DNA of 64,000 nucleotides from an uncultured Micrococcales bacterium (GCA_903909605.1 CAIVWH010000031.1:3704-67703); one strand, 5' to 3'. Counted from the stretch's first letter, positions 10,398 to 19,659 are shown. Made by a program: numbers and translations. Notes: generated from the letters alone by a model not told the origin.

Positions 10398-10853
10398 CTA
10401 TACCCAAGCCGCAAGGATTACGCCTGCGAGGGTCACGCAAACCACATCCTGGCTGACTTCGATTAGCCAAACCTTGAGCGAGCGATAGACATCGCCGTTA
10501 GGTTGGGCGAACATGCGGTGACTCAGAGAGGCGAACGCTCCAAGGCCTACCGAGAAGATGAAACCGAACAATGCGCCGGTGGCTACCGATACCGGCCCCG
10601 CCGAGCGAGCAATCGCGATAACAATCGCAAGCGTCAAAACCTGAATCAACGAGGCAAGGTATGTGCCGCCAAACATAAGGAGAGTCTGCGCGCCTGTGAT
10701 CTGAATTCGCTCGGTTGGTACTTCGCGGCCGAGTGCGCGCATCCAAACCGGGTAAAAAGTCTTCGGACCAAACCAGGCAGCGCCGATCGCAAATGAGAGT
10801 AGCGATGCCACAAAGACTGCCAAGAAATTCAGGCTAGAAATTGAAAAGTTCAT
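10398..10853 (-). CDS. integral membrane protein (possibly DUF1761-like)
   Basis: 151 aa with four hydrophobic segments. The family assignment is from memory only. Confidence 0.5.
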   Translation of the reverse strand: MNFSISSLNFLAVFVASLLSFAIGAAWFGPKTFYPVWMRALGREVPTERIQITGAQTLLMFGGTYLASLIQVLTLAIVIAIARSAGPVSVATGALFGFIFSVGLGAFASLSHRMFAQPNGDVYRSLKVWLIEVSQDVVCVTLAGVILAAWV

Positions 10854-10862
10854 GTCTCGACC

Positions 10863-11645
10863 TTACCTTTTAGAACTGCCACGCCTGGTATCTGCGTTGG
10901 CGAGGGCGCTATTGATCTGAGACACGATCCCCTTCGCATATTCCACGGCCGGACCCTGTCCACCCTTGAACCACTCATTCGCGATTCCAATGGCCATTGC
11001 GATGGGTAGTTGATCATGCTTTTCGTGCTGCAAGAAAGCATTCTTTGCCCTCTTCGAGCTCGCCAGTTTGATCCAAAGCCCGTTATCGCCTGCCTGTGCA
11101 TCGACCAGCTTGTCCCAACTCCACTCGTCGGTTTCTTTTTCGCCCACGAAAATTATGCGCTCGTTGCTAATTAGCACTTTGCCTGCGTCGATCTGGGTCA
11201 GCACCTCTGGCTTCCTAACCGACTCACCTCGTGTGCCACCGGTATAACCGCGCACTCGACCCACGATGGGGAAACTCACACCTGCATGACCGGCGACAAA
11301 CTCGGTCCCATTGCTCTTGTACTCCATGAGTTGAATGTTTGGAAGTTCGAACAGGTTCTGCTCACCTTTGGCCGCGATGTCGGCCGCCAGTTTTTTCGAA
11401 TCTGAGTCAATCCATGTCTGGAGGGTGCTGACAGTCTGTTGGAATTCGTTGGCATGTGCCGTGCTTGCCCTCTTAGAGCCGGCTTGAGACACCAAAATGG
11501 CCACGGCCACCGAGAAAACCAGCGCAAGGATGAGCAAAAAGGAGAGCCCAGAGTTACTGGACCAGTTGGAAAATATCTGTGCAATGACATAGAGCACTAC
11601 GACCGCGGCTGCGATTGCTCCGCAAGAACAACCCGACTTTTTCAC
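10863..11645 (-). CDS. membrane-anchored hypothetical protein
   Basis: N-terminal double TM (GAIAAAVVVLYVIAQIF, LSFLLILALVFSVAVAILV) followed by a soluble ~190-aa domain. Confidence 0.6.
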   Translation of the reverse strand: MKKSGCSCGAIAAAVVVLYVIAQIFSNWSSNSGLSFLLILALVFSVAVAILVSQAGSKRASTAHANEFQQTVSTLQTWIDSDSKKLAADIAAKGEQNLFELPNIQLMEYKSNGTEFVAGHAGVSFPIVGRVRGYTGGTRGESVRKPEVLTQIDAGKVLISNERIIFVGEKETDEWSWDKLVDAQAGDNGLWIKLASSKRAKNAFLQHEKHDQLPIAMAIGIANEWFKGGQGPAVEYAKGIVSQINSALANADTRRGSSKR

Positions 11646-11705
11646 TTTGCCTCCCCAAGGTTTACCTGTCTTACGCTAGCGCAAGCCTCAGACGCTCGTT
11701 AGAAG

Positions 11706-12410
11706 TCAGGAGACCCCAGAAGCAAGCCTGAATCCGACACTGCGAATGACTCGAATCACCTCAGGCCCGCCGACGTTTCGAATTTTTGAACGGATGCGCG
11801 AGGCATGTGTGTCGACCACATTCGGCGCCATCGGGGATTTCATCGACCCAATCGCCTGCAGAATCTGCTCGCGGCTGAAGACCTGAAGTGGGCGTTCCAT
11901 CAGCAGTTGCACGATCTGGAACTCGGTGTTTGTAAGCGCAAGCGGTTTGCCGTCAACGAAGAACTCGTGCATGCCGAGGTCCATCTTGAGCGCGCCCCAC
12001 TGCAGAATCTCAGAGGTCGGAATTCGCTGGCTCGCACCGCGCTTGAGCTGCTGTGTCACACGCGACACGAGCAACTTACTGTCGACCGGCAACGACACGT
12101 AGTCGTCGGCGCCAGCGGCTATCCACATCTGTTCATTGATCACATTGTCGTGATCGGTCATCGCGATAATTGGCACGTTTGATTCTGCACGGATGATGCG
12201 GCAGAGTTCGAGCCCCTTCAACGGCTCAGACCCCAAATGGATGAGCACGACCTGAAAACTACGCTCGGCGAAAACATCGCGACCCTCGGCGAAATTTGCG
12301 GTGTCGTAAACGTGAATACCCATGACTTCGAGCTGCAGCCGAACATTGAGGCGATTTGCCCCATCATCTTCGATGAGTAGCGCCTTTGGCGGGCTCAGTG
12401 CTTCGTTCAT
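11706..12410 (-). CDS. OmpR-family winged-helix response regulator with degenerate receiver (no phospho-acceptor Asp)
   Basis: Receiver domain (ALLIEDDG ... VVLIHLG ... IIAMT ... GADDYVSLP) plus OmpR-type output (TNTEFQIVQLLMERP ... VDTHASRIRSKI ... VGFRL). Start is at ATG 12410; the 323-aa track ORF would run into the divergent gene. Confidence 0.85.
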   Translation of the reverse strand: MNEALSPPKALLIEDDGANRLNVRLQLEVMGIHVYDTANFAEGRDVFAERSFQVVLIHLGSEPLKGLELCRIIRAESNVPIIAMTDHDNVINEQMWIAAGADDYVSLPVDSKLLVSRVTQQLKRGASQRIPTSEILQWGALKMDLGMHEFFVDGKPLALTNTEFQIVQLLMERPLQVFSREQILQAIGSMKSPMAPNVVDTHASRIRSKIRNVGGPEVIRVIRSVGFRLASGVS

Positions 12411-12557
12411 TTGGAACCAATCCGAATGCAGGGCACTCAATAGTGCAATGTTAGCCAACAAAGCGGGGGCAAGTCGTGAGTCTTTTGTGAAGACTCCGTC
12501 AGAGTTTCGTGAAACGTAGCAGGCATAGTTGCCACATCGATCGAATGCGGGGATGAA

Positions 12558-13682
12558 ATGAAGAGTTTTTGGGCAAACCTGAAAGCAATCAAATGGACGG
12601 GAACACTGATCACTGCTGTGGTCGCTTTGATTCTCGCTTCGATAACCAGTGGCTTCTATCTCTCTGACAGCATCCAAAGTTCGAGCACGACTCTGGGCAA
12701 GACCCTGCGGGCGATTGGTTTCTGCCCCTCGCCTAGTTCGGGCACCACTGGCGCAACTGGCCCGCGCGGCCCTGCCGGCCCCAGCGGACCACCCGGACCA
12801 GTCGTCACAATCACCGCGACACCTAAGCCATCGGTGACTCCAATTGCCGGCCCAACCGGAAGCACAGGTAAAGCCGGAGCAACTGGTGCTTCAGGTGCCA
12901 CAGGAAGCTCAGGCGCAAGCGGAGCCCCTGGCGCCAATGGCACGAACGGTACCAATGGAACCAACGGCACCAACGGTGAAACTGGAGCGACCGGTCCTAG
13001 CGGAGCCCCAGGAGCGAGCGGTGCGCCTGGCGCGAGCGGCGCCCCTGGCACCAACGGCACCAACGGAGTTGACGGAGCACCGGGAAGTTGCAGCGCATTG
13101 GACACGGCCGCACTCGCTGGTGACCTCATCCCTGCAGCCGACAACACCTACACACTCGGAACGCAAGCGATGCGTTGGAAAAACCTTCAGCTCGGCCCTG
13201 GCACTCTCTACATTCAGGACACCCAAACCGGCCAGCAGGCGGGAATCACGATCTCGGGTGGCACCATGCTGATCGACGGCGTTGACGGTCTGCGTATCGG
13301 AAACATTCGATTTACCGCCACCGGAATTACCTCTGTGCTCGGCACCCAAGACATCACCATTGGAACAGCGGGCGACACCGGTTGGATGGCGCTTGCACAC
13401 GGAATCAAGTTCCCTGACGGCACTACTCAAAGTACGGCGACAATCGCCGGCCCTCGAGGCGCGACTGGAGCGACGGGTGCAACCGGTGCAACAGGCGCGA
13501 CGGGCGCAACCGGTGCAACTGGCCCGCAAGGACCAGCCGGTTCAATCGATGGATACGTGCCGACCAAGGCCTGCGAATACACCGGTCGTCCGAGCAACAC
13601 GCCAACTGGCACAATCATGATCGGAACCTGCGCGTCACTCGGCCAAGAGGGCAAGGACATCGTCATCCTGCTTGGCAAGTAG
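12558..13682 (+). CDS. membrane-anchored collagen-like (Gly-X-Y repeat) protein
   Basis: N-terminal TM (TLITAVVALILASITSGFY). Gly-X-Y tracts at aa 62-81, 98-176 and 298-327, with a non-repetitive domain between the second and third tracts. Confidence 0.85.
   Translation: MKSFWANLKAIKWTGTLITAVVALILASITSGFYLSDSIQSSSTTLGKTLRAIGFCPSPSSGTTGATGPRGPAGPSGPPGPVVTITATPKPSVTPIAGPTGSTGKAGATGASGATGSSGASGAPGANGTNGTNGTNGTNGETGATGPSGAPGASGAPGASGAPGTNGTNGVDGAPGSCSALDTAALAGDLIPAADNTYTLGTQAMRWKNLQLGPGTLYIQDTQTGQQAGITISGGTMLIDGVDGLRIGNIRFTATGITSVLGTQDITIGTAGDTGWMALAHGIKFPDGTTQSTATIAGPRGATGATGATGATGATGATGATGPQGPAGSIDGYVPTKACEYTGRPSNTPTGTIMIGTCASLGQEGKDIVILLGK
12849..13085 (+). repeat. coding triplet-periodic Gly-X-Y tract (includes GTN x4 and GAPGAS x3)
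   Basis: 79 consecutive Gly-X-Y residues read directly from the translation. Confidence 0.9.
13449..13538 (+). repeat. coding Gly-X-Y tract with seven tandem GAT (Gly-Ala-Thr) units
   Basis: GPR (GAT)x7 GPQ GPA. The seven units use varied synonymous codons (ggcgcgact ggagcgacg ggtgcaacc ...). Confidence 0.9.
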
Positions 13683-13766
13683 CGAACTCTGTCTAACCCC
13701 GGAGGCAAAGCCGCCGGAAGGTTATTCACACAGCCAACGCCCAGAAAGGGTCAATTTAGTAGCCTC

Positions 13767-14543
13767 ATGAAGATGAGCCTGACTAAAAATGACCTCTTGG
13801 TAAAAGTTCCCGCTATCACGGCGTTCTTCTGGATCATCAAGGTGCTAGCCACAACCGTTGGCGAGACGTTCGCTGATTTCATCAATACCAACTTGAATTT
13901 GGGCCTGACAGGAACTTCAGCGGTGATGGGCAGTGCCCTGCTGGTTTGCCTAGTCGTTCAATTTTCGGTCAGAAAATACGTGCCGTTGATTTACTGGCTC
14001 ACAATCGTTCTCATCAGCGTTGCCGGCACTTTGATCACCGATAACCTCACCGACAACCTCGGCGTTCCACTCTGGATTTCCTGCGTGGTATTCGGTGTGC
14101 TACTTGCGGTGACTTTCCTGATTTGGTTCCGTCAAGAAAAAACTCTTGCCATGAAGAGCATCGTCTCGAAAAAGCGTGAGGCCTTCTACTGGTTGGCTGT
14201 CTTGCTCACCTTTGCCCTTGGCACGGCATCCGGAGACTGGCTTGCCGAGGCGGCCGGCCTTGGCTATGGCTTGTCAGCCGTTTCTTACTTTGCCGTCATC
14301 GCTGTGATTGGTCTGCTTTGGAAGCGCAAAGTCATTGGCGAAATTACAGCGTTCTGGATCGTTTACATCTTGACCAGGCCGCTTGGGGCATCGGTCGGCG
14401 ACCTGCTGGCGCAAGCTCCTCAGGATGGCGGAATGGGACTCGGCACAACAACGACGAGCATTATTTTCTTGTTGGCGATTCTGGCTTCGGTGGTCTACCT
14501 GAGCAGCTCAAAGAGAGATCAGATCAAAGCCGCAACCAACTAA
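13767..14543 (+). CDS. conserved multi-pass membrane protein (COG4705-like)
   Basis: The N-terminal KVPAITAFFWIIKVLATTVGETFADF motif resembles the COG4705 family as I recall it. About 7 hydrophobic helices. Confidence 0.6.
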   Translation: MKMSLTKNDLLVKVPAITAFFWIIKVLATTVGETFADFINTNLNLGLTGTSAVMGSALLVCLVVQFSVRKYVPLIYWLTIVLISVAGTLITDNLTDNLGVPLWISCVVFGVLLAVTFLIWFRQEKTLAMKSIVSKKREAFYWLAVLLTFALGTASGDWLAEAAGLGYGLSAVSYFAVIAVIGLLWKRKVIGEITAFWIVYILTRPLGASVGDLLAQAPQDGGMGLGTTTTSIIFLLAILASVVYLSSSKRDQIKAATN

Positions 14544-15613
14544 ACGTTGAAGCGGAATTCGACCACGTCGCCATCCTTCATGACGTAGTCCTTGCCTTCC
14601 ATACGAACCTTGCCGGCAGCCTTAGCGGCGTTCATGTCTCCCGATGAAACCAAGTCTTCGAAAGAAACAATCTCAGCCTTGATGAAGCCACGCTCAAAGT
14701 CGGTGTGGATCACGCCAGCAGCCTGAGGAGCTTTCCATCCTTTACGGATAGTCCAGGCGCGAGCTTCCTTCGGCCCGGCAGTCAGATAGGTCTGCAATCC
14801 GAGAGTGTCGAAACCGATGCGCGCGAGCTGGTCGAGGCCCGATTCATCCTGGCCGAGTGAAGCCAGAAGCTCTGCAGCCTCCGCAGGCTCGAGGTCGATT
14901 AGCTCGCTCTCGACCTTGGCGTCGAGGAACACGGCCTCGGCAGGCGCAACCAAGTCGGCCATGGCCTTATTCTTTGCGGCATCGGTCAGGACCGACTCGT
15001 CGACGTTGAACACATAGATGATCGGCTTTGCCGTGAGGAGACCTAGCTCTTTAATTGGGGCCAGGTCGATTGATGAACTCGACAGCGGCTTGCCTGCATC
15101 GAGCCAGACCTTGGCCTCGTCGGCGGCTTCGAGCACCACCGGCTCGAGCTTCTTACCCTTGACTTCTTTTTCGTAGCGGGTGCGGGCCTTGTCGAGGGTC
15201 TCGAGGTCGGCCAGAATCAGCTCGGTGTTGATGGTCTCGATGTCGCTCGCGGCGTCGACTTTGCCGTCGACGTGCACGACATCCGAGTCGGTGAAGCCGC
15301 GCACCACCTGAGCGATTGCGTCAGCCTCGCGGATGTTCGCCAAGAACTTGTTGCCTAGCCCCTCACCCACGGATGCCCCGCGCACGATACCCGCAATGTC
15401 GACGAATGAAACCGGGGCCGGCAACAGGCGCTCGCTGCCGAAGATCTCGGCGAGCTTGGCGAGGCGAGGGTCTGGAAGGTTCACTACTCCCACGTTTGGC
15501 TCGATCGTCGCGAACGGGTAGTTCGCCGCCAAAACGTTGTTCTTGGTCAGTGCGTTGAACAGGGTCGACTTGCCAACATTTGGGAGACCGACGATTCCGA
15601 TAGTAAGAGCCAC
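14540..15613 (-). CDS. ychF: redox-regulated ribosome-binding ATPase YchF
   Basis: GIVGLPNVGKSTLFNALT P-loop and the C-terminal TGS-like DGDVVEFRFNV. Start is placed at GTG 15613 (357 aa); the track ORF is N-terminally over-extended. Confidence 0.9.
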   Translation of the reverse strand: MALTIGIVGLPNVGKSTLFNALTKNNVLAANYPFATIEPNVGVVNLPDPRLAKLAEIFGSERLLPAPVSFVDIAGIVRGASVGEGLGNKFLANIREADAIAQVVRGFTDSDVVHVDGKVDAASDIETINTELILADLETLDKARTRYEKEVKGKKLEPVVLEAADEAKVWLDAGKPLSSSSIDLAPIKELGLLTAKPIIYVFNVDESVLTDAAKNKAMADLVAPAEAVFLDAKVESELIDLEPAEAAELLASLGQDESGLDQLARIGFDTLGLQTYLTAGPKEARAWTIRKGWKAPQAAGVIHTDFERGFIKAEIVSFEDLVSSGDMNAAKAAGKVRMEGKDYVMKDGDVVEFRFNV

Positions 15614-15635
15614 GAGAACCAAGTTTAATGGTCTG

Positions 15636-16214
15636 GTGCCTTTGAACTTCACCGCCATCGACTTTGAGACGGCCAACTCGAGCTCCGCGAGCGCGTGCGC
15701 CGTTGGTTTGGTAAAGGTTCGCGACGGCCAGATTGTCGACACATTCGAGACACTGATTCAGCCGCCGGCATCCGTGGGTTATTGGCACCCGGGAAACATA
15801 GGCGTTCACGGCATCAACCCTGAGGATGTCGTGGGTGCCCCGAGCCTGGCCGAGGCCCTGGGCATGATGATCGAGTTCATCGATGGCGATGTGCTGATTG
15901 CCCACAACGCCCCTTTCGACATGGGGGTTCTGCGCGGATCAGCGGCCGAGGTCGGTTTCGACCTGCCCGAGCTGCACTACGCCTGCTCGCTGGCCATCTC
16001 GCGCAAGACCTATCATCTAGAGAGCTATCGCTTGCCTGCGGTGGCCTATGCCGTCGGTTTCGAGGATTTCGACCACCACGACGCCCTTGCCGACTCGACC
16101 GCCTGCGCGCACATCATTATTCATGCGGCAAAGCGCAACGGGGCCGACACCTTGGATGTCCTACTCAGCGAGACCAAACAGGTGCTGAAACCGGTGGCTA
16201 AGCCCGCCGCATAA
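15636..16214 (+). CDS. DnaQ-like 3'-5' exonuclease (DEDDh family)
   Basis: Exo motifs are present: FTAIDFETAN, LIAHNAPFDMGVL and HHDALADSTACAHI. The start (GTG 15636) is uncertain. Confidence 0.75.
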   Translation: MPLNFTAIDFETANSSSASACAVGLVKVRDGQIVDTFETLIQPPASVGYWHPGNIGVHGINPEDVVGAPSLAEALGMMIEFIDGDVLIAHNAPFDMGVLRGSAAEVGFDLPELHYACSLAISRKTYHLESYRLPAVAYAVGFEDFDHHDALADSTACAHIIIHAAKRNGADTLDVLLSETKQVLKPVAKPAA

Positions 16215-16243
16215 ATGTCGGTGGTGGGTGCGATAGTTGCCCC

Positions 16244-17446
16244 ATGAATCTTTCAACTATCGTTCTCATGATCGCCAGCCTCGTTGTTGGCGCAGTAATC
16301 GGCATCCTTTGGTGGAACCAGAAGCTAACGGCCCTGCAAGGCGCGAAGTCAGTCGTCGATGCCCGCATCATTGAGCTCGAGGCAGCCAAAGCCAAGGCTG
16401 ACGAAGAAGAGAAGACCTTCCTCAAGGAGTTCGGCCCGATCAAGAACATGGTCGATCAGATGAACCAGGGGCTCGAGGCTTTAAAGACTCAGTCAACCTC
16501 TAGCTTTGGCTCGATCAACACCTCGTTGAAAAACCAAGAGGAGCGAAACCAAAAGATCGAACAGACCACCTCAGCTCTCAAGAGCATGCTCGGCCACAAC
16601 CAGGAGCGTGGCGCTTGGGGCGAAGTTCAACTTGAGAACCTGTTGAACGCAAGCGGTCTTCAGGCTGGTCGCGACTACTTGAAGCAAACCGTTCTTGAAA
16701 ACGAGGATGGCCGTTCAATCAAGCCTGACTACATCGTGCGTTACCCAAACAAGCGTTTCGTCGTCATCGACGCAAAGTTCCCTTTCAGCTACTACGAGCA
16801 GGCAATGGAAATCACCGACACTTCGAGTGCTCGCGAAGCCGAACGCCGCGTCGAACTTCTCGACGAGCACATTAAAGCCGTCAAGAAGCACATCGACGAC
16901 ATCAATAAGAAGACTTACTTCACCGGATTCGACGAGGCCAAAGATCTCAGCGAGTCACCAGAAGTCACCATGATGTTCTTCCCTGTTGAGTCGGTTTATA
17001 GCAACACGCTTTCTCACGACGCGTCACTCTACGACTACGCCTTCGAGCGTCAGGTTCAGTTGGTTTCACCAATGCAGTTGTTTGGTGCGCTTCGCACCAT
17101 TAACTACATGTGGCGCCACCAGGCTCAAGAGAGCTCAGTTCGCGAGATCGTGCAGCTTGGCACCCAGCTCTTTGAGCGTCTCAAGACCGTCGCCGGTCAC
17201 GTCGAAAGCGTGGGCAAGAGCCTAAACACCAGTGTTAAGCACTTCAACAGCCTGGTCGGCAGCATCGAGACCAATCTTTTGGGCACAACCAGAAAGCTCA
17301 CCGAGGAAGGCCTCAAACTAGGCCGCTCGGGTGAAATCGAGGATCCGAGCGCGATTGAGACCCAAGCGCGCTCATTCAAAAAGCCAGAGCTCACCTCTGA
17401 CCCGGCGCTCCTAACCGCCGAGGCTTCGGGGGATGAAGCCCACTAG
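16244..17446 (+). CDS. rmuC: DNA recombination protein RmuC
   Basis: N-terminal TM plus coiled coil, then an RmuC nuclease-like core (RGAWGEVQLENLL ... PDYIV ... VVIDAKFP). Confidence 0.85.
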   Translation: MNLSTIVLMIASLVVGAVIGILWWNQKLTALQGAKSVVDARIIELEAAKAKADEEEKTFLKEFGPIKNMVDQMNQGLEALKTQSTSSFGSINTSLKNQEERNQKIEQTTSALKSMLGHNQERGAWGEVQLENLLNASGLQAGRDYLKQTVLENEDGRSIKPDYIVRYPNKRFVVIDAKFPFSYYEQAMEITDTSSAREAERRVELLDEHIKAVKKHIDDINKKTYFTGFDEAKDLSESPEVTMMFFPVESVYSNTLSHDASLYDYAFERQVQLVSPMQLFGALRTINYMWRHQAQESSVREIVQLGTQLFERLKTVAGHVESVGKSLNTSVKHFNSLVGSIETNLLGTTRKLTEEGLKLGRSGEIEDPSAIETQARSFKKPELTSDPALLTAEASGDEAH

Positions 17447-17470
17447 TTCTCCCTTTCTGTCTAGTGGTTG

Positions 17471-17500
17471 AAAAGGCGTCTGCGGGGGCAGGCGCCTTTT
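17471..17500 (+). terminator. rho-independent terminator downstream of rmuC
   Basis: AAAAGGCGTCTGC GGGG GCAGGCGCC TTTT: GC-rich hairpin with one mismatch, followed by a T-run. Confidence 0.7.
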
Positions 17501-17586
17501 CGCTACCCGCCAAGGTTCGAAAAGCCCGATGGTGTTTGGCTAAACTAATCCGAGCACGGCAAACAACGTAGTTCGCTGATTTCAAA

Positions 17587-17617
17587 GGCCCCACCTAAAC
17601 GCTTGGGGCCATTTTTA
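17587..17617 (+). terminator. second hairpin plus T-run with no annotated gene in front of it
   Basis: GGCCCCA-N10-TGGGGCC followed by ATTTTTA, about 85 nt after the rmuC terminator and 25 nt before the PfkB-kinase start. Confidence 0.5.
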
Positions 17618-17641
17618 TGAAAGCAACCTAGGAGTAAGTGC

Positions 17642-18670
17642 ATGTCCGCGACCGCCTCACACATCGTCACACTGACGCCTGCGCCTACCCTTGACCGCAC
17701 CTACTTCGTAACCAACCTCGTCTCAGGTGCCGTAAACCGCGCCGACAGTGTTGGTGAAGAACTCGCAGGCAAGGGCATCAACGTCAGCCGCGGACTCCAC
17801 CTTGCAGGCATCGCGAACATCGGAATCGTTCCAATCGGAAACGCAGACCCAGCAGTTCTCGCCCGCACCGGATCATCAGACTTCTTGCACCCACTCTGGG
17901 TCGACGGAACGCTTCGCGTTTCAACCACCATCCTTGAAAACGGTGGAACCACTACCAAGATCAACGAGACTCCTCGCCCACTGAGCCACGACGACTGGAA
18001 CGCAGTTGTCGAGCTCACCGAGAAGACCGTTCGCGAAAGCGGAGCGAAGTGGTTGGTCATCGCAGGTGCTCTTCCGACCTACAAAGAGACCGGCACTCCT
18101 GTTGAACTTCAGCCACTTTTCGAAAAGATGAAGTCGCTCGGCGTAAAAACTGCACTCGACACTTCGGGCGACGCACTGACCCACTGGGCCAAGCGTGGCG
18201 CAGCAACCATGATGAAGCCAAACACCGAAGAGCTCGCATCGATCGTTGGTCGCAACCTCTTTACTATCGGTGACGTTATCGACGCGGCACGCGAGGTCAA
18301 CAGCTATGGCGTTGAGCTTGTTCTTGCCAGCCTCGGGGCCGACGGCATGGTTGCAGTCACCAAGGATTCAGCCTGGTCATCGAAGACCGACGCAGTTCGA
18401 GTGATCAACACCGTAGGCGCTGGCGACGCAACCCTCGCTGGCTTCCTTTGTGCAGTGATTCAGAACCCTGTTGCCGCTGGTGAACTAGACCACGGTCTCG
18501 ACTACAACGTTGCACTCGGCGTGAAGACTGCGGTTCAGTGGGGTGCTTTGGCTGTGACCCAGCCAACCTCAGGCCTCACCTCGGTCGAGAACCTGCCGAC
18601 CTCATACCTTTATGAAAACCCAGAGCGCTCGACTCCGCTCGACGAGCCTGCAATCGGCAAACCTAGCTAA
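17642..18670 (+). CDS. PfkB-family sugar-phosphate kinase (1-phosphofructokinase/6-phosphofructokinase B type)
   Basis: PfkB signature near the C-terminus (NTVGAGDATLAGFL). N-terminus typical of the FruK/PfkB subfamily (TLTPAPTLDRTY). Confidence 0.8.
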   Translation: MSATASHIVTLTPAPTLDRTYFVTNLVSGAVNRADSVGEELAGKGINVSRGLHLAGIANIGIVPIGNADPAVLARTGSSDFLHPLWVDGTLRVSTTILENGGTTTKINETPRPLSHDDWNAVVELTEKTVRESGAKWLVIAGALPTYKETGTPVELQPLFEKMKSLGVKTALDTSGDALTHWAKRGAATMMKPNTEELASIVGRNLFTIGDVIDAAREVNSYGVELVLASLGADGMVAVTKDSAWSSKTDAVRVINTVGAGDATLAGFLCAVIQNPVAAGELDHGLDYNVALGVKTAVQWGALAVTQPTSGLTSVENLPTSYLYENPERSTPLDEPAIGKPS

Positions 18671-18696
18671 TCCGCGAGCGCGGCCAAAGCTAAAAA

Positions 18697-19659
18697 CTAT
18701 TTGTTGCGCTCTACGCGCACGTCGATGACCTGACCGTCATCCAAGTCACTGTCTAGCAAAAAGACCTGCACGTCGAGAACGCCTTCGCGCTTTTCTCGGA
18801 TGCCTCGCACCAACAATCCATCGGTCAAACCGGTCATGATGAATACCAAGCGTTCGCCGGCGACCAAGTCTTCCAATTCGTATTTCTTCTCAAGGTCATA
18901 GCCCGACTCGAGTGCTCGAGCGAGCTGATCAACATCGCCAGGTGCGAGACGTGCCTGCATGTGACCACCCAGGATGCGCACGGCACAAGCCGTTGCAACA
19001 CCCTCTGGTGCTCCGCCGATGCCGATGAGCATATCGATGCCGCTGTCGTCGGTAGCCGCAGCAACCGCCATGGCGACATCGCCCTCGTCGAACGAAACCC
19101 AGGTTGCGCCGCTGGCCTCGACCTCGGCGATTAGCTCGGCGTTGCGTGGCTTGTTGATCACAGCAACGCGGATGTCGGTCACCGGAACATCCTTGGCCTC
19201 GGCCAATCGACGAATGTTCTCGGTTGCGCTCAGGTCGATGTCGCAAACGTCGATGCCATCGGCCCCGGTGACCAGTTTCTGCATATAGAAAACGTTGCTG
19301 CAGTCGAGCATGGTTCCGCGTTCGGCGGCGGCAATCACGCTGACAGCGCCTTCAACGTTATGAGCGGCTAAAGCGGTGCCATCAATCGGATCAACCGCGA
19401 TGTCCCAGCGGGGCTTGGAGCCAATGGCCCCGACCACCTCGCCGTTGAACAGCATCGGAGCCTCGTCTTTCTCTCCTTCGCCAATCACCACCACGCCGGT
19501 GAAATCGCCATCGCGCAGACTGGCACGCATCGCATCGACTGCGGCCTGGTCGACGGCGAGCTTGTTGCCGACCCCAACCAACGGCCAAGCGGCCGCGGCA
19601 GCAGCCACGGTCGCGGTCAGCAGATCAAGCGTCGGTGCGCCGACTTGGTCTAAGTTCAT
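18697..19659 (-). CDS. glpX: class II fructose-1,6-bisphosphatase (GlpX), copy 2
   Basis: Same hallmarks as copy 1 (DQAAVDAMR, VIGEGEKDEAPMLFNGE, DPIDGT, GIGGAPEGV) but clearly diverged from it. Confidence 0.85.
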   Translation of the reverse strand: MNLDQVGAPTLDLLTATVAAAAAAWPLVGVGNKLAVDQAAVDAMRASLRDGDFTGVVVIGEGEKDEAPMLFNGEVVGAIGSKPRWDIAVDPIDGTALAAHNVEGAVSVIAAAERGTMLDCSNVFYMQKLVTGADGIDVCDIDLSATENIRRLAEAKDVPVTDIRVAVINKPRNAELIAEVEASGATWVSFDEGDVAMAVAAATDDSGIDMLIGIGGAPEGVATACAVRILGGHMQARLAPGDVDQLARALESGYDLEKKYELEDLVAGERLVFIMTGLTDGLLVRGIREKREGVLDVQVFLLDSDLDDGQVIDVRVERNK

